Assembly (NCBI GenBank): GCA_029941315.1 | Contig: JAPYQE010000003.1 | Span: 5,965 to 69,964, forward strand | Direction of reading: 5' to 3' | Origin: Candidatus Latescibacterota bacterium | GTDB taxonomy: Bacteria > Latescibacterota > UBA2968 > UBA8231 | Length of the DNA: 64,000 nucleotides | Part shown: positions 49,136-59,296 of the stretch, one piece after another | How the letters are laid out: each line of letters begins with the position of its first letter | Position numbering within the stretch: the first letter of the stretch is position 1 | Made by a program: the position numbers and the translations under genes | Notes under the pieces: model-generated | Database searches by the model: none | What the model was told of the DNA's origin: nothing | What the model saw: only the letters and a program-made list of their open reading frames with translations

Positions 49136-51754
49136 TTGATGACAGAACAAACAGAAGCTCCAGAATCAAGAGTAATACAGGTCAAAATCGAGGAGGAACT
49201 CAAGACATCCTTCCTCGACTATTCCATGAGTTTCATCTTATCTCGTGCACTACCCGATGTGCGCGATGGGCTCAAACCATCGCAACGCCGCATCCTAGTG
49301 GCGATGAATGATCTGAGCTTGGCGCCCAACCGCGGCTACCGCAAATGCGCCAAGATCGCTGGCGACACTTCGGGCAACTATCACCCGCACGGCGAGGCTA
49401 TCGTCTATCCAACGCTGGTCCATATGGCGCAGGATTTTCGCATGCGCTATCCGCTGGTGCTAGGCCAGGGCAACTTTGGCTCGATCGACGGCTATCCACC
49501 GGCGGCGATGCGCTATACCGAAGCGCGCCTGACTTGGCCGTCGATGGAATCGCTGGCCGATCTCGAAAAAAACACGGTCGAATACGTCAACAACTACGAT
49601 GAGACCCGACAAGAGCCGCAAGTTTTGCCCTCTAAGTTCCCCAACCTGCTCTGCAATGGTTCGATGGGCATCGCCGTGGGCATGGCCACCAAGATCCCTC
49701 CGCACAACCTGCGGGAGATCGCCGGCGGTCTCAAAGCGCTTATCGACAATCCCGATATCGAGATTGACGAGCTGATGGAGTACGTCAAAGCGCCTGACTT
49801 CCCCACCGGCGGTGTGATCTACGGAATGAGCGGAGTGCGGCAAGCCTATCGCACCGGTCGGGGCATGGTCTACCTGAGGGCTCGCGCGGATATCGAGACG
49901 CTCAAGAATGGCCGCGAAAATATAATTATCACCGAAATCCCCTTCTTGGTTAACAAGTCTAACCTGCTCGAAAAAATCGCCGATCTAGTGCGCGATAAAA
50001 CCATAGAGGGTTTGAGTAATATCCGCGACGAATCGGGCCGCAATGGTTTGCGTATCGTCTTCGAGTGCAAGCGCGATGCCCAAGCCGAGGTCGTGCTGAA
50101 CCAGCTCTATAGCCACAGCATGCTGCAAACGACCTACGGGGTGATGATGCTGGCCATCGTCAAGGCCCGCCCCGAGATGCTCAATATCAAGCAAATGCTG
50201 GAGCACTATGTCGAGCACCGCCACGATGTGATCGTGCGGCGCACGCAGTTCGACCTGGAAAAGGCCGAGGCGAGGGCCCATATCCTCGAAGGTCTGCGCA
50301 TCGCGCTGGATAATATTGATGCGGTGATCGCGACGATCCGCGGATCGTCGAACGTCGAAGAAGCGCGCAATCGGTTGATGGAACAATTCGAATTGAGCGA
50401 ACTGCAATGCCAGGCCATCCTGAGCATGCCTTTGCAGCGTTTGACCGGGCTGGAGCGCGACAAGATCGAAAGCGAGTTCAACGAATTAATGGTGATGATC
50501 GAAGATCTGCGCGGCATTCTCGCAAGCCCAGAGCGGCAGATGCAGATTATCAAGGACGAAATCGACGAAGTCACCGAGCGCTTCGGCGATGAGCGCCGTA
50601 CCGAGATCGTCTATGCGGCGGAAGAGTTTGATATCGAAAACCTGATCGCCGAAGAGGACATGGTCGTCACGATTTCGCGCGAGGGTTATATCAAGCGGAT
50701 GCCGCCCAGGGCTTATCGCGTACAGAACCGCGGTGGTCGTGGTGTGACGGGCATGAAGACCAAAGAGGAGGATTTTGTCGAACACCTCTTTGTCGCTTCG
50801 ACCCACTCCTACATGATGTTCTTGACGTCTAAGGGCAAGTGTTATTGGCTCAAGGTCTATCGCATACCAGAGGGCGAGCGCACGGCACGGGGCCGACCCA
50901 TCGTCAACCTGTTGCCGATCGACCAGGATGACCAGATCTGTACGATCGTGCCCGTTCGCGAATTCACTGACGATCAATATCTGTTCACTGCCACGCGCAA
51001 TGGCATCGTCAAAAAAACCGTTCTCTCGGCCTATCAGAACATTCGCCGCGACGGGATTATCGCCCTAAAGATCCAAGAGGACGACGATTTGATCGGCGCG
51101 GCGATTACCAACGGACAGCAAGATATTTCGTTGCTGACGCGCAGTGGGTTGGCGATGCGTTTCAACGAAGACGAAGTGCGCCGTATGGGCCGAGTCTCGG
51201 CCGGCGTTAAAGGCGTTACTCTGCGCCCCGGCGATGAGGTCGTGGATATGGTCGTATTAAGTGAAGACAGCACCTTGCTGACAATTTGCGAAAATGGCTA
51301 TGGCAAACGTTCCAGCCAGACAGAATATCCCTGCAAGCATCGCGGCGGCAAGGGGGTCATCGATATCAAGACCACCGAACGCAATGGCGATGTCGTAGCT
51401 TGCAAAGAGGTTCAGGCCGAAGAAGAGATCATGGTCATAACGCAAAATGGCATTATGATCCGCCAGACCGTAGAAGGCCTCTCCACCATCGGTCGCAATA
51501 CGCAAGGCGTTAGGGTGATCAACCTCGGCGAAGGCGACAGGGTTATCGACATGACGCGCCTGCCCAAGAGCGAAGATGAAATACTCGAAGGTGAGGGCGA
51601 GGGTGAAGGTGAGGGCGAAGCTCTGGTTGACGGGGCGGAGGTAGCAGAAAATGGAGAAACTGCAAGTGAAGCCGCGAACGCCGAAGCTGAAGATATAAAC
51701 GAGGGCGCAGGCGGAGAGATGGAAGAAGATGCGCCGAGGGAGGGCGCTGAGTAA
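49136..51754 (+). CDS. gyrA: DNA gyrase subunit A with an acidic Gly/Glu C-terminal tail
   Basis: Active-site Tyr region (AMRYTEARL), beta-pinwheel repeats, and the C-terminal [11 protein letters not shown]...EMEED tail encoded by a simple repeat at 51588-51620. Confidence 0.95.
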   Translation: MMTEQTEAPESRVIQVKIEEELKTSFLDYSMSFILSRALPDVRDGLKPSQRRILVAMNDLSLAPNRGYRKCAKIAGDTSGNYHPHGEAIVYPTLVHMAQDFRMRYPLVLGQGNFGSIDGYPPAAMRYTEARLTWPSMESLADLEKNTVEYVNNYDETRQEPQVLPSKFPNLLCNGSMGIAVGMATKIPPHNLREIAGGLKALIDNPDIEIDELMEYVKAPDFPTGGVIYGMSGVRQAYRTGRGMVYLRARADIETLKNGRENIIITEIPFLVNKSNLLEKIADLVRDKTIEGLSNIRDESGRNGLRIVFECKRDAQAEVVLNQLYSHSMLQTTYGVMMLAIVKARPEMLNIKQMLEHYVEHRHDVIVRRTQFDLEKAEARAHILEGLRIALDNIDAVIATIRGSSNVEEARNRLMEQFELSELQCQAILSMPLQRLTGLERDKIESEFNELMVMIEDLRGILASPERQMQIIKDEIDEVTERFGDERRTEIVYAAEEFDIENLIAEEDMVVTISREGYIKRMPPRAYRVQNRGGRGVTGMKTKEEDFVEHLFVASTHSYMMFLTSKGKCYWLKVYRIPEGERTARGRPIVNLLPIDQDDQICTIVPVREFTDDQYLFTATRNGIVKKTVLSAYQNIRRDGIIALKIQEDDDLIGAAITNGQQDISLLTRSGLAMRFNEDEVRRMGRVSAGVKGVTLRPGDEVVDMVVLSEDSTLLTICENGYGKRSSQTEYPCKHRGGKGVIDIKTTERNGDVVACKEVQAEEEIMVITQNGIMIRQTVEGLSTIGRNTQGVRVINLGEGDRVIDMTRLPKSEDEILEGEGEGEGEGEALVDGAEVAENGETASEAANAEAEDINEGAGGEMEEDAPREGAE

Positions 51755-51816
51755 GGGCGAACGGGGTTGACCTAAGACAGTGCCTCCTTTATATTTACCC
51801 CTCGCTGAAGGGTTGA

Positions 51817-51902
51817 GGAGGGTTAGACCTAATTGGTAAGGCAGCGGTCTTGAAAACCGCCGGGTTCACGCCCTTGAGGGTTCGAGTCCCTCACCCTCCG
51901 CC
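51817..51902 (+). tRNA. tRNA-Ser (anticodon UGA), class II with long variable arm
   Basis: Acceptor GGAGGGT/ACCCTCC, anticodon stem GCGGT/ACCGC with loop CTTGAAA (UGA), variable arm GGGTTCACGCCC, T-arm GAGGG-TTCGAGT-CCCTC, discriminator G. The D-arm is slightly atypical, and CCA is not fully encoded. Confidence 0.7.
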
Positions 51903-51930
51903 GGTATAAAAGTTTGTTAAAAATAGTCAC

Positions 51931-52022
51931 GGAGAGATGACCGAGTGGCCGAAGGTGGCAGCCTGCTAAGCTGTTGTATGGGGTAACCTGTACCGAGGGT
52001 TCGAATCCCTCTCTCTCCGCCA
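51931..52022 (+). tRNA. tRNA-Ser (anticodon GCU), class II, CCA encoded
   Basis: Acceptor GGAGAGA/TCTCTCC, D-stem ACC/GGT, anticodon loop CTGCTAA (GCU), long variable arm, T-arm GAGGG-TTCGAAT-CCCTC, G-CCA. Confidence 0.8.
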
Positions 52023-52036
52023 TATTTTATGATAGT

Positions 52037-52112
52037 TGCCTCCTAGCACAATTGGTAGTGCGCCTGACTCTGGATCAGGAGGTTCTAGGTTCGAGCCCTA
52101 GGGAGGCAGCCA
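52037..52112 (+). tRNA. tRNA-Gln (anticodon CUG), CCA encoded
   Basis: U1:A72 acceptor TGCCTCC/GGAGGCA (typical of tRNA-Gln), D-arm GCAC-AATTGGTA-GTGC, anticodon loop CTCTGGA (CUG, G37), T-arm CTAGG-TTCGAGC-CCTAG, G-CCA. Confidence 0.8.
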
Positions 52113-52117
52113 ACATT

Positions 52118-52157
52118 AGGTTCCTGGAGTGAAAGACTTCAGGAACCTCTTTTTTTG
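52118..52157 (+). terminator. rho-independent terminator after the tRNA cluster
   Basis: aggttcctg-gagtgaaagact-tcaggaacct followed by T7. Confidence 0.75.
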
Positions 52158-52266
52158 TACGATTGTTTAGTTGCCGCGCATTGCACAGGCACTCCATTTA
52201 CAAAAAGAAGCTCAACAATATATTCTAAAAAATAGCTGATAAATCTTATAAAGGAGCAATCGCATA

Positions 52267-52611
52267 ATGCGCCGCATTAAAATTGGCGTTGCAGCTATGG
52301 CTGTATTGCTCGTCAGTACCGCGGGTGCTGAAGAATATCAGATCGATTCTGAGCACTCGAGCGTGGCCTTTAGTATTCGTCATTTGGTCCGTCGCACCAG
52401 TGGCCAATTCAACGAATTCTCCGGATCGATTCATTTAGAAGCCTTAGGCACAGCCACGCATCCGTATAATAAAAAACCAGTGGCCGGTTTCGAAACCAGA
52501 ACGGTGTTTTTGCGCTCTGACTATGCGGTTAATAGTTGGACTGATGCGGCCAGCGTTTTAGGTGACGAGGTAAAGGTTCGCTTGACTATCGAAGCTATTG
52601 GGGGCGAATAA
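52267..52611 (+). CDS. YceI-like domain protein (short, 114 aa, signal peptide)
   Basis: YceI N-terminal signature YQIDSEHSSVAFSIRHLVRRTSGQFNEFSG and C-terminal VKVRLTIEA. The central beta-barrel part is missing compared with the 180-aa family members. A short hairpin plus T-run (52635-52660) follows. Confidence 0.5.
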   Translation: MRRIKIGVAAMAVLLVSTAGAEEYQIDSEHSSVAFSIRHLVRRTSGQFNEFSGSIHLEALGTATHPYNKKPVAGFETRTVFLRSDYAVNSWTDAASVLGDEVKVRLTIEAIGGE

Positions 52612-52811
52612 GCGCGCTAAGCATTGATGCATAGGGCGTGGCCCTGTTTTTTTGCGGCTCAACGAGATCTTTATAATCTTCATTAGATATTGACAATATT
52701 GGATATAGGATCTATCGTAGAAAATCTGGATAGGGCTTTCTTCTCCGCGTTTTCGCGTCGCCCACAAGCTTTCATAACGCAGCGCCTAACCTCTCAGCAC
52801 GACCCAAGCCG

Positions 52812-53951
52812 ATGGATACCCGCCGCAAAGAACAGCTGATCGCCTGGGGATTCCTTACGCCAGCACTTGTCGTCTTGGCTGGTTTCGGACTCTTTCCGAT
52901 TGGCTATGCCTTCTATGTCAGCTTGCACAAGTGGCGCATAAAGAAAGAAGCGCTGATCGGGTTCGAGCATTATGTCCGTGCTTTGGGCGATCCCGAGCAT
53001 TTGTTCTTCTTGCTATTGGGGGTCGGGATCGTCTGGGCTGCTTATCGCTTGCGCAGCCACCTACTCGAACGCGGCCTGCCTTCTGTCTATGTTTACCTGG
53101 CTTGGGGTGTCCTTTTGCTGCCCGGCCTTTGGGTGTTGTTCGAGCCGGGTTTGAACGGCTTGGCAGCCACGGGCGATCCGGCGCTATACAATGGCTTTAA
53201 GGTTACTTTCTTCTACGCGATTGGCACCATTCCGCTACAGCTGAGTTTGGCAACCGGTCTGGCTTATTTGCTTTTTAAAAGCATGCGGGCCAAGGGCACG
53301 TTCCGCATTTTGTTTTTTTTGCCCTATGTCACGCCAGTCATCGCCTCTGCAGTGGTCTTCCGAACGATCTTTAGCCCCCACCCGTCCTCATTGGCCAATC
53401 GTTTTTGGAGCACTTTCGGGTTGGAAAACCAACGCTGGCTTTACGAGGGTAAGTCGGTGGTTGCCTTGTTGTTGCGGGGCGCTGGAATGGAGGCTTGGCC
53501 GACATGGGTGGATAGTTGTTTTCCCAGTATGGCTTTGACTTCGATCATCCTCTATAACATTTGGGTCTATGTTGGTTATGATACGGTGATCTTGCTAGCC
53601 GGGTTAAGCGCTATCCCTAGGCACTATTACGAAGCAGCGGAGATGGACGGGGCCAATGGGTGGCAGGTCTTTCGCCATATCACTCTGCCCTTGGTCTCCC
53701 CCACCCTATTCTTTTTGTCGATGGTGGCGGTAATCGGTACGTTCAAAGCGTTTAACCATATTTATATTATGCGTACGCCTGGGGCGCGAGAATCTGTCGA
53801 TGTGCTCAGTATCGCCATTTTTGACCAGATTTTTGAGTATCACAACGCCGGTTATGCCTCGGCGATGGCCTTTGTGCTCTTTGTTGCAATCTTGGTGCTG
53901 ACACTATTGCAGAATCAGGTGTTTGGCAAGCGGGTGTTCTATGGCGATTAA
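52812..53951 (+). CDS. ABC transporter permease (carbohydrate uptake, MalF/UgpA-like)
   Basis: Polytopic membrane protein with the EAA-loop region (…YEAAEMDGANGWQVFRHITLPL…). Confidence 0.75.
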   Translation: MDTRRKEQLIAWGFLTPALVVLAGFGLFPIGYAFYVSLHKWRIKKEALIGFEHYVRALGDPEHLFFLLLGVGIVWAAYRLRSHLLERGLPSVYVYLAWGVLLLPGLWVLFEPGLNGLAATGDPALYNGFKVTFFYAIGTIPLQLSLATGLAYLLFKSMRAKGTFRILFFLPYVTPVIASAVVFRTIFSPHPSSLANRFWSTFGLENQRWLYEGKSVVALLLRGAGMEAWPTWVDSCFPSMALTSIILYNIWVYVGYDTVILLAGLSAIPRHYYEAAEMDGANGWQVFRHITLPLVSPTLFFLSMVAVIGTFKAFNHIYIMRTPGARESVDVLSIAIFDQIFEYHNAGYASAMAFVLFVAILVLTLLQNQVFGKRVFYGD

Positions 53952-54777
53952 GGGGGGGAAAACCTGGTTAGTATACGGTGGCTTAGGGCTAGGTGGTTTA
54001 GCGGCGGGTTTCCCTTTTGCGTGGATGTTGCTCGCTTCTTTTATGACCCGGGGAGAGTCGTTGCGCCGGGTCTTTTTGCCCGAGAGTGTACAGTGGGGCA
54101 ATTATCTCAAAGCCTGGCAGGAAGCAGATTTCGGTCTCTATTTCGAGAATTCGTTAATTATTGCGGTTGTACAGGTAAGCGGAACCCTGCTCTTTTCGCT
54201 GCTGGCGGCGTATCCGTTGGCGCGCATGGAATTTCGTGGGCGGGATGCAGTTTTTGCTGGCGTATTGGCTACGTTGATGATTCCCGAGACCGTGACCATC
54301 GTACCAAATTTTCTTACGGTAACCTGGTTGCACCGCAATATGCCTTTCGCTTGGCTCAACAACTGGCCGGCGATGACCATTCCCTTTATGGCCAGCGCTT
54401 TTAGTATTTTCCTGTTGCGCCAGTTTATGCGCGGTATTCCCAATGAGTTATGGGATTCAGCGCGCATAGACGGTGCTGGCCATGTGCGTTTCCTATTTCA
54501 GATTTTGCTGCCCTTATGTCGAGCCCCCCTCCTGACGGTGGGCATGTTTACGTATATTGGTTCATGGAACGCGTTGGCCTGGCCCTTATTGGTGACCAAT
54601 ACACCAGATTGGCGCCCGATCTCGGTTGGCTTGCAGCAATTCGTTAGCGAGGCCGGGGCCGAGGTGCATTTGCAAATGGCCGGGGCCGTAATTGCAACCG
54701 TCCCCGTATTGCTGGCGTATTTCCTTATACAGCGCGAATTCACCGAAGGTATTTCCATGTCTGGACTCAAAGGATAG
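53941..54777 (+). CDS. ABC transporter permease (MalG/UgpE-like)
   Basis: EAA motif (WDSARIDGAGHVRFLFQILLPL). ATG 53941 (MAIKGGKTW) overlaps the upstream stop; the ORF-track ATG 53923 is an alternative. Confidence 0.7.
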   Translation: MAIKGGKTWLVYGGLGLGGLAAGFPFAWMLLASFMTRGESLRRVFLPESVQWGNYLKAWQEADFGLYFENSLIIAVVQVSGTLLFSLLAAYPLARMEFRGRDAVFAGVLATLMIPETVTIVPNFLTVTWLHRNMPFAWLNNWPAMTIPFMASAFSIFLLRQFMRGIPNELWDSARIDGAGHVRFLFQILLPLCRAPLLTVGMFTYIGSWNALAWPLLVTNTPDWRPISVGLQQFVSEAGAEVHLQMAGAVIATVPVLLAYFLIQREFTEGISMSGLKG

Positions 54778-54781
54778 AACG

Positions 54782-56104
54782 ATGAAACTGAAGAATGGGG
54801 TAGCGGGAATTTTATGCGCTGTTCTCTCGGCTTGCGGTGGCCAACAAGAAACGGTGCAAGAGCAGCAGGCCGATCTAGAGACGCTCAACCCCGAAGGTCA
54901 AGAGGTTGTTTTCTGGTATCAGCATACCCGCGAACGAGAAGAAGCCCTACAAAAGCTGATCGCCGACTTTAACCAGAGCAATAGCCACAGAATTAGCGTG
55001 CGCGGTGAATATGTCGGTCGCTATGGGGACATTTACAACAAGATGAACGTAGGTATCCAGAGCGGTTCGCTGGCCGCAAGTTTGGTCGTAGCCTATCAAA
55101 ACCAGGCGATGGCGTATTATCAGGCCGATGGCATCGTGGATATAACGCCCTATATGGAATCGCCCAAATGGGGTTTTTCGCCAGAAGAGCGCCAGGATTA
55201 CGTGCAAGCCTTTCTCCGCCAGGATAATGTCGGCGGTGCCCAGATCGGTTTCCCGCCGAATCGCTCGATGGAGTTGCTCTATTACAACCTCGACTGGCTG
55301 CGCGAGCTAGGCTATGACAAACCGCCAGCGGATTGGGATGAATTCGCGAAGATGTGCCGCTTGGCGAAGCAACGGCCTTTTAGCAAAAGCAAAGATACTT
55401 CGCGCAGCTTAGGTTTCTTGCTCGATATCGACACCAGCCGATTGGCCGCGATGGTCTTTAGTCGCGGCGGCGATCTGGTCAATGCAGATGGCACCGCTTA
55501 TCTCTTGGACTCGCCCGAGGTCAGGGCCGCCTTGGAGTTGATGCGCGAATTATCGGCGGCGGGTGTCATAGACGTCGCCGGTGAGCAGGACGCCGAACTG
55601 AACGAGTTTGTCACCGGGCAAATCCTCTTTTCCCAGGATTCTTCCTCCGGCTTGCCCTTTTACAAAAGCGGTATTGAAGATGCTGGGTTGGATTTCGAGT
55701 GGGGTGTGACACATCCGCCGCAGACGGGCGAGACGCCGGTGGTCGACATCTATGGAGCTAGCGTATCGATTTGCGCCAGCACGCCCGAGAAGCAATTGGC
55801 AGCGTGGTTATTTCTCAAGTGGCTCACCGGGTCTGAGCAGCAGGCAAGGTGGGTGCGGGCGAGCAATTACTTTCCGGTGCGCAAGAGCACGGCCAAAGAG
55901 TTGCAGGGTTATTTTGCGGAAAACCCGCACTACGGGGTGGCCTTCAGCATGTTGGACTACGGGAAGTCCGAGCCGACCATCGCGAGCTATCAGCAAGTGC
56001 GAAGGTTGATTCAAAAAGCGATGGTCGAGGCGATTGAAGGCGGGAATATGGACCAAGTGCTGGCAGATTTGCAGCTTGCGGCTAATAAGACGATTGAGCA
56101 ATAA
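54782..56104 (+). CDS. extracellular solute-binding lipoprotein (ABC family 1, oligosaccharide-type)
   Basis: Lipoprotein signal MKLKNGVAGILCAVLSACGG after AAAGGA. SBP_bac_1-like fold length (440 aa). Confidence 0.7.
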   Translation: MKLKNGVAGILCAVLSACGGQQETVQEQQADLETLNPEGQEVVFWYQHTREREEALQKLIADFNQSNSHRISVRGEYVGRYGDIYNKMNVGIQSGSLAASLVVAYQNQAMAYYQADGIVDITPYMESPKWGFSPEERQDYVQAFLRQDNVGGAQIGFPPNRSMELLYYNLDWLRELGYDKPPADWDEFAKMCRLAKQRPFSKSKDTSRSLGFLLDIDTSRLAAMVFSRGGDLVNADGTAYLLDSPEVRAALELMRELSAAGVIDVAGEQDAELNEFVTGQILFSQDSSSGLPFYKSGIEDAGLDFEWGVTHPPQTGETPVVDIYGASVSICASTPEKQLAAWLFLKWLTGSEQQARWVRASNYFPVRKSTAKELQGYFAENPHYGVAFSMLDYGKSEPTIASYQQVRRLIQKAMVEAIEGGNMDQVLADLQLAANKTIEQ

Positions 56105-56106
56105 GC

Positions 56107-57468
56107 GTGGGCAAAAGTGCTAAAAAGCCGAATGTCATTGTATTTTTCACTGATCAGCAACGGTGGGACACAACCGGTCTGCATGGCAACCCGATGGGGC
56201 TTACGCCCAATCTCGATCGCTTAGCCCGCGAGCATACGCACGTGGCTCGTTCGTTTACTTGCCAACCGGTTTGCGGCCCGGCGCGCTCTTGTCTGCAAAC
56301 CGGGCTCTACGCTACAACGACGGGTTGTCATAGCAATGCCATTCCCCTACCGGATGATAGTCGGACCCTCGCGCATTATTTTGCCGATGCGGGGTACAAT
56401 ACCGGTTATATCGGCAAGTGGCATCTGCATGAACGGGAGACCGAGGGCCCCGTGCCGGCCTCGGCGCGTTTCGGCTATCAGTATTGGCTGGCGTCCAATG
56501 TTCTTGAATTTACTTCTGATGCCTATAATACAGTCCTCTATGATAACGATGAGCAGGAGGTTCATCTGCCCGGTTATCGAGTCGATGCCGTTACCGATGC
56601 CGCGATTCGTTATGTTGATGCGCAAGGCGATGATCCTTTCTTCCTGTTTATATCGTATATTGAGCCACACCATCAGAATCACCTAGATGACTACCCGCCG
56701 CCCGACGGTTATCGGGAAACGTATACCGGTGGTTGGGTTCCGCCTGACTTGGCGGCGCTGGGTGGTTCGACGCAACAGCACCTAGGCGGCTATTATGGGA
56801 TGGTCAAGAGGCTAGACGAAGCTTATGGTCGCCTGCACGACGCGCTCAAGAGTTTGGCGATGGACGAAGACACCATTGTTCTCTTTACTTCGGACCACGG
56901 TTGCCACTTTAAAACGCGTAATGGTGAATACAAACGCTCATGCCATGAAAGCTCGATTCGCGTACCAACGGCTTTTACCGGGCCTGGGTTTCGCGGCGGC
57001 GGTCAACTGAAAGAGTTGATTAGTTTGATCGACCTGCCCCCAACCCTATTGGATGCGGCCGGTTTAGAGGTGCCCGAACATATGCAAGGCCAATCGCTGA
57101 TGCCGCTTGTGCGCGATAATAACGCAGATTGGCCCGAAGAGGTTTTTGTGCAGATATCCGAAGCACAAGTGGGGCGGGCGGTGCGAACGCAACGGTGGAA
57201 ATACGGGGTCGACGCTCCGGAAGCGCATGGGAAAGGTTTGGCGGGGGCCGATCAGTATGAAGAGCAGTATCTCTACGATCTGCAGGTTGATCCGTATGAA
57301 CTAAACAACCTAATTGGCTTGGAATCACATAGAGAAGTCGCACAGATTATGAAAGAACGACTCTTGCGGCGCATGGAGTTGGCCGGAGAGGTTCCGCCGA
57401 GCATAATAGAAGCTCGAGAGGGCCGGGCAGGTCAACGGAAAGTCAGTATCGAAGAAGCGCGTTCATAG
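56107..57468 (+). CDS. Cys-type sulfatase (arylsulfatase family; formylglycine motif CGPARSCLQTG), GTG start
   Basis: N-terminal VIVFFTDQQRWD metal-binding Asp pair, the C-x-P-x-R-xxx-L-T-G FGly motif, and a downstream GKWHL motif. Confidence 0.8.
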   Translation: MGKSAKKPNVIVFFTDQQRWDTTGLHGNPMGLTPNLDRLAREHTHVARSFTCQPVCGPARSCLQTGLYATTTGCHSNAIPLPDDSRTLAHYFADAGYNTGYIGKWHLHERETEGPVPASARFGYQYWLASNVLEFTSDAYNTVLYDNDEQEVHLPGYRVDAVTDAAIRYVDAQGDDPFFLFISYIEPHHQNHLDDYPPPDGYRETYTGGWVPPDLAALGGSTQQHLGGYYGMVKRLDEAYGRLHDALKSLAMDEDTIVLFTSDHGCHFKTRNGEYKRSCHESSIRVPTAFTGPGFRGGGQLKELISLIDLPPTLLDAAGLEVPEHMQGQSLMPLVRDNNADWPEEVFVQISEAQVGRAVRTQRWKYGVDAPEAHGKGLAGADQYEEQYLYDLQVDPYELNNLIGLESHREVAQIMKERLLRRMELAGEVPPSIIEAREGRAGQRKVSIEEARS

Positions 57469-57533
57469 CGGGAGCACGCGGGAGCACGGACATTTTAATT
57501 TGCCCTATAAGGGAGATAAAACGTTGGAAACCC

Positions 57534-58942
57534 TAAGCTTTGATCTAGCTGTAATTGGTGCCGGACCTGCTGGCCAAAAAGGTGCAATCCAGGGTGCGAA
57601 AGCTGGAAAAAGCGTTGCAATTATAGATCGTCTGGGCATGTTAGGTGGCTCGTGCCTGCACCAGGGCACCATTCCATCCAAAGCATTGCGGATGGCCATA
57701 TTGGATTTAAGTGGTTTTTTGCAATCGGTTTATTTTGGTAACGAGACCCAGCAAAGCAAACAAGAAATTTCGATGCAGGATTTGCAAGCCCGTCTCAATA
57801 AAGTGATCGGCGACGAGGACGCCGTGCTGAAAAAACAGTGCGAGGCCAATGGTGTGCAGATAGTCTATGGATCGGCCCGCTTTGCCGATGAGCACCTTAT
57901 TGAAGTAAGCAATATCGATGGTGAAGTCACCCATCAGATCGTTGCGGCCCATACACTTATTGGTACGGGATCCAGGCCCCGACATCCCATTGATATTCCC
58001 AGCGACGATCGGGTTTTTATGGATTCGGATGAAATCTTCCGGATGAAGCGACTGCCCGATAAGATGATCGTCGTCGGTTGCGGGGTCATCGGTTGCGAGT
58101 ATGCGACGATGTTTGCCGCGCTGGGTATTGAGGTCGTGTTGTTAGATCGGCGGGTGGGTATTATGCGTATGCTGGACGAAGAGATCGGAGAGATCTTCGC
58201 CAATTATATCAAGCAAATAGGTGTTGACCTGCGTCTTGGGCAGGCGATCGAAGAAATCAAGCATAGCGAAGACGGCCAGGCGATGGTCAAGATGAAGGAT
58301 GGGGAGGAAGTCATTGCCCCCTGTCTGTTTTATTCTATGGGCCGGATCGCGAATGTCGAGGGAATGAACTTGGAAAATGCCGGCATTGAGCTCAACAAGC
58401 TGGGCAATATTCCGGTCAACGCCCTGTTCCAGACCGCCTGTCCACACATTTACGCGGCTGGGGATGTTCTCGGGCCTCCGTCCCTCGCATCAACATCAAT
58501 GGAGCAAGGTCGCTTGGCGGTGCGCAATGCCTTCTTGCTCAGCAGTCACCACTTCCCAGAGATATTCCCCTACGGCATTTATACCGTGCCGGAGATATCC
58601 AGTGTCGGGCCGACTGAACAGGAGCTACGCGAGAAGGGGATCCACTACGAAGTCGGGCGCGCCAGCTATCACGAAACAGCGCGCGGTCCTATTGCCAGTG
58701 ATACCACTGGTATGATCAAGCTGCTTTTTCATGCTGAAACGCTTGAAGTGCTCGCCGTCCATATCATTGGCACCAACGCCACAGAAATCATTCCTCTGGG
58801 GCAGATGGCGATCAATTTTCGTGCGCGGATCGACTACTTCGTCGATCAGATATTCAATTATCCGACCTTTGCCGAAGGATTCCGCATTGCTGCGCTTAAT
58901 GGCCTGAATAAGGTGCAAACAGCCGATGAGAGTTCGGTGTAA
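57534..58942 (+). CDS. sthA: soluble pyridine nucleotide transhydrogenase / class-I pyridine nucleotide-disulfide oxidoreductase (SthA-like)
   Basis: FAD motif DLAVIGAGPAG, the single-Cys GGSCLHQGTIPSK (SthA-type, lacking the redox disulfide), and a C-terminal dimerisation domain. TTG 57534 behind AAGGGAG aligns with SthA N-termini; the track's start at 57500 is an alternative. Confidence 0.7.
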
Positions 58943-59231
58943 GCGTCTTATCGCAACGTTAGTGCGGTATTGCTAAACGCGGATCAGCTGGGTGCGAAAG
59001 TGTTCGGTGAGATCAATCTTGCAGGTATAATCCGAGCAGATCAAGCGTTTGGTCACCCGACCATCAATAAATGAACAGCGGCTCATCTTTGCTAGACGCT
59101 GTACTTCTTCGATTTCTCCGTCGGCTTCTTCCCGCGCATCTACCTCATGCCAGTCGACAACTCGGTTGACAATTTATAGATCCTCAGAAAAAGATAGGCA
59201 AATAGCCGAATTTGGGTAAGTACTTTTAGCT

Positions 59232-59292
59232 AATACAGAATACAAATAAAAAGGCAGGGATAATATCCACCTTTTTATTTGTGTTCTGTATT
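59232..59292. repeat. 61-bp hairpin-forming inverted repeat (16-bp arms aatacagaatacaaat / atttgtgttctgtatt, 29-nt A/T-rich loop) immediately downstream of the XRE-PAS gene stop
   Basis: The arms are reverse complements with a single G·U position. No flanking U-tract, so this is not a canonical intrinsic terminator. Confidence 0.6.
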
Positions 59293-59296
59293 CCGC

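Noticed and set aside
51817-51902. Possible tRNA-Sec (long variable arm, odd D-arm)
   Set aside because: The anticodon loop reads CTTGAAA, giving anticodon UGA, which decodes Ser UCA. It is not UCA, and the acceptor stem is 7 bp rather than 8, so it is a class II tRNA-Ser.
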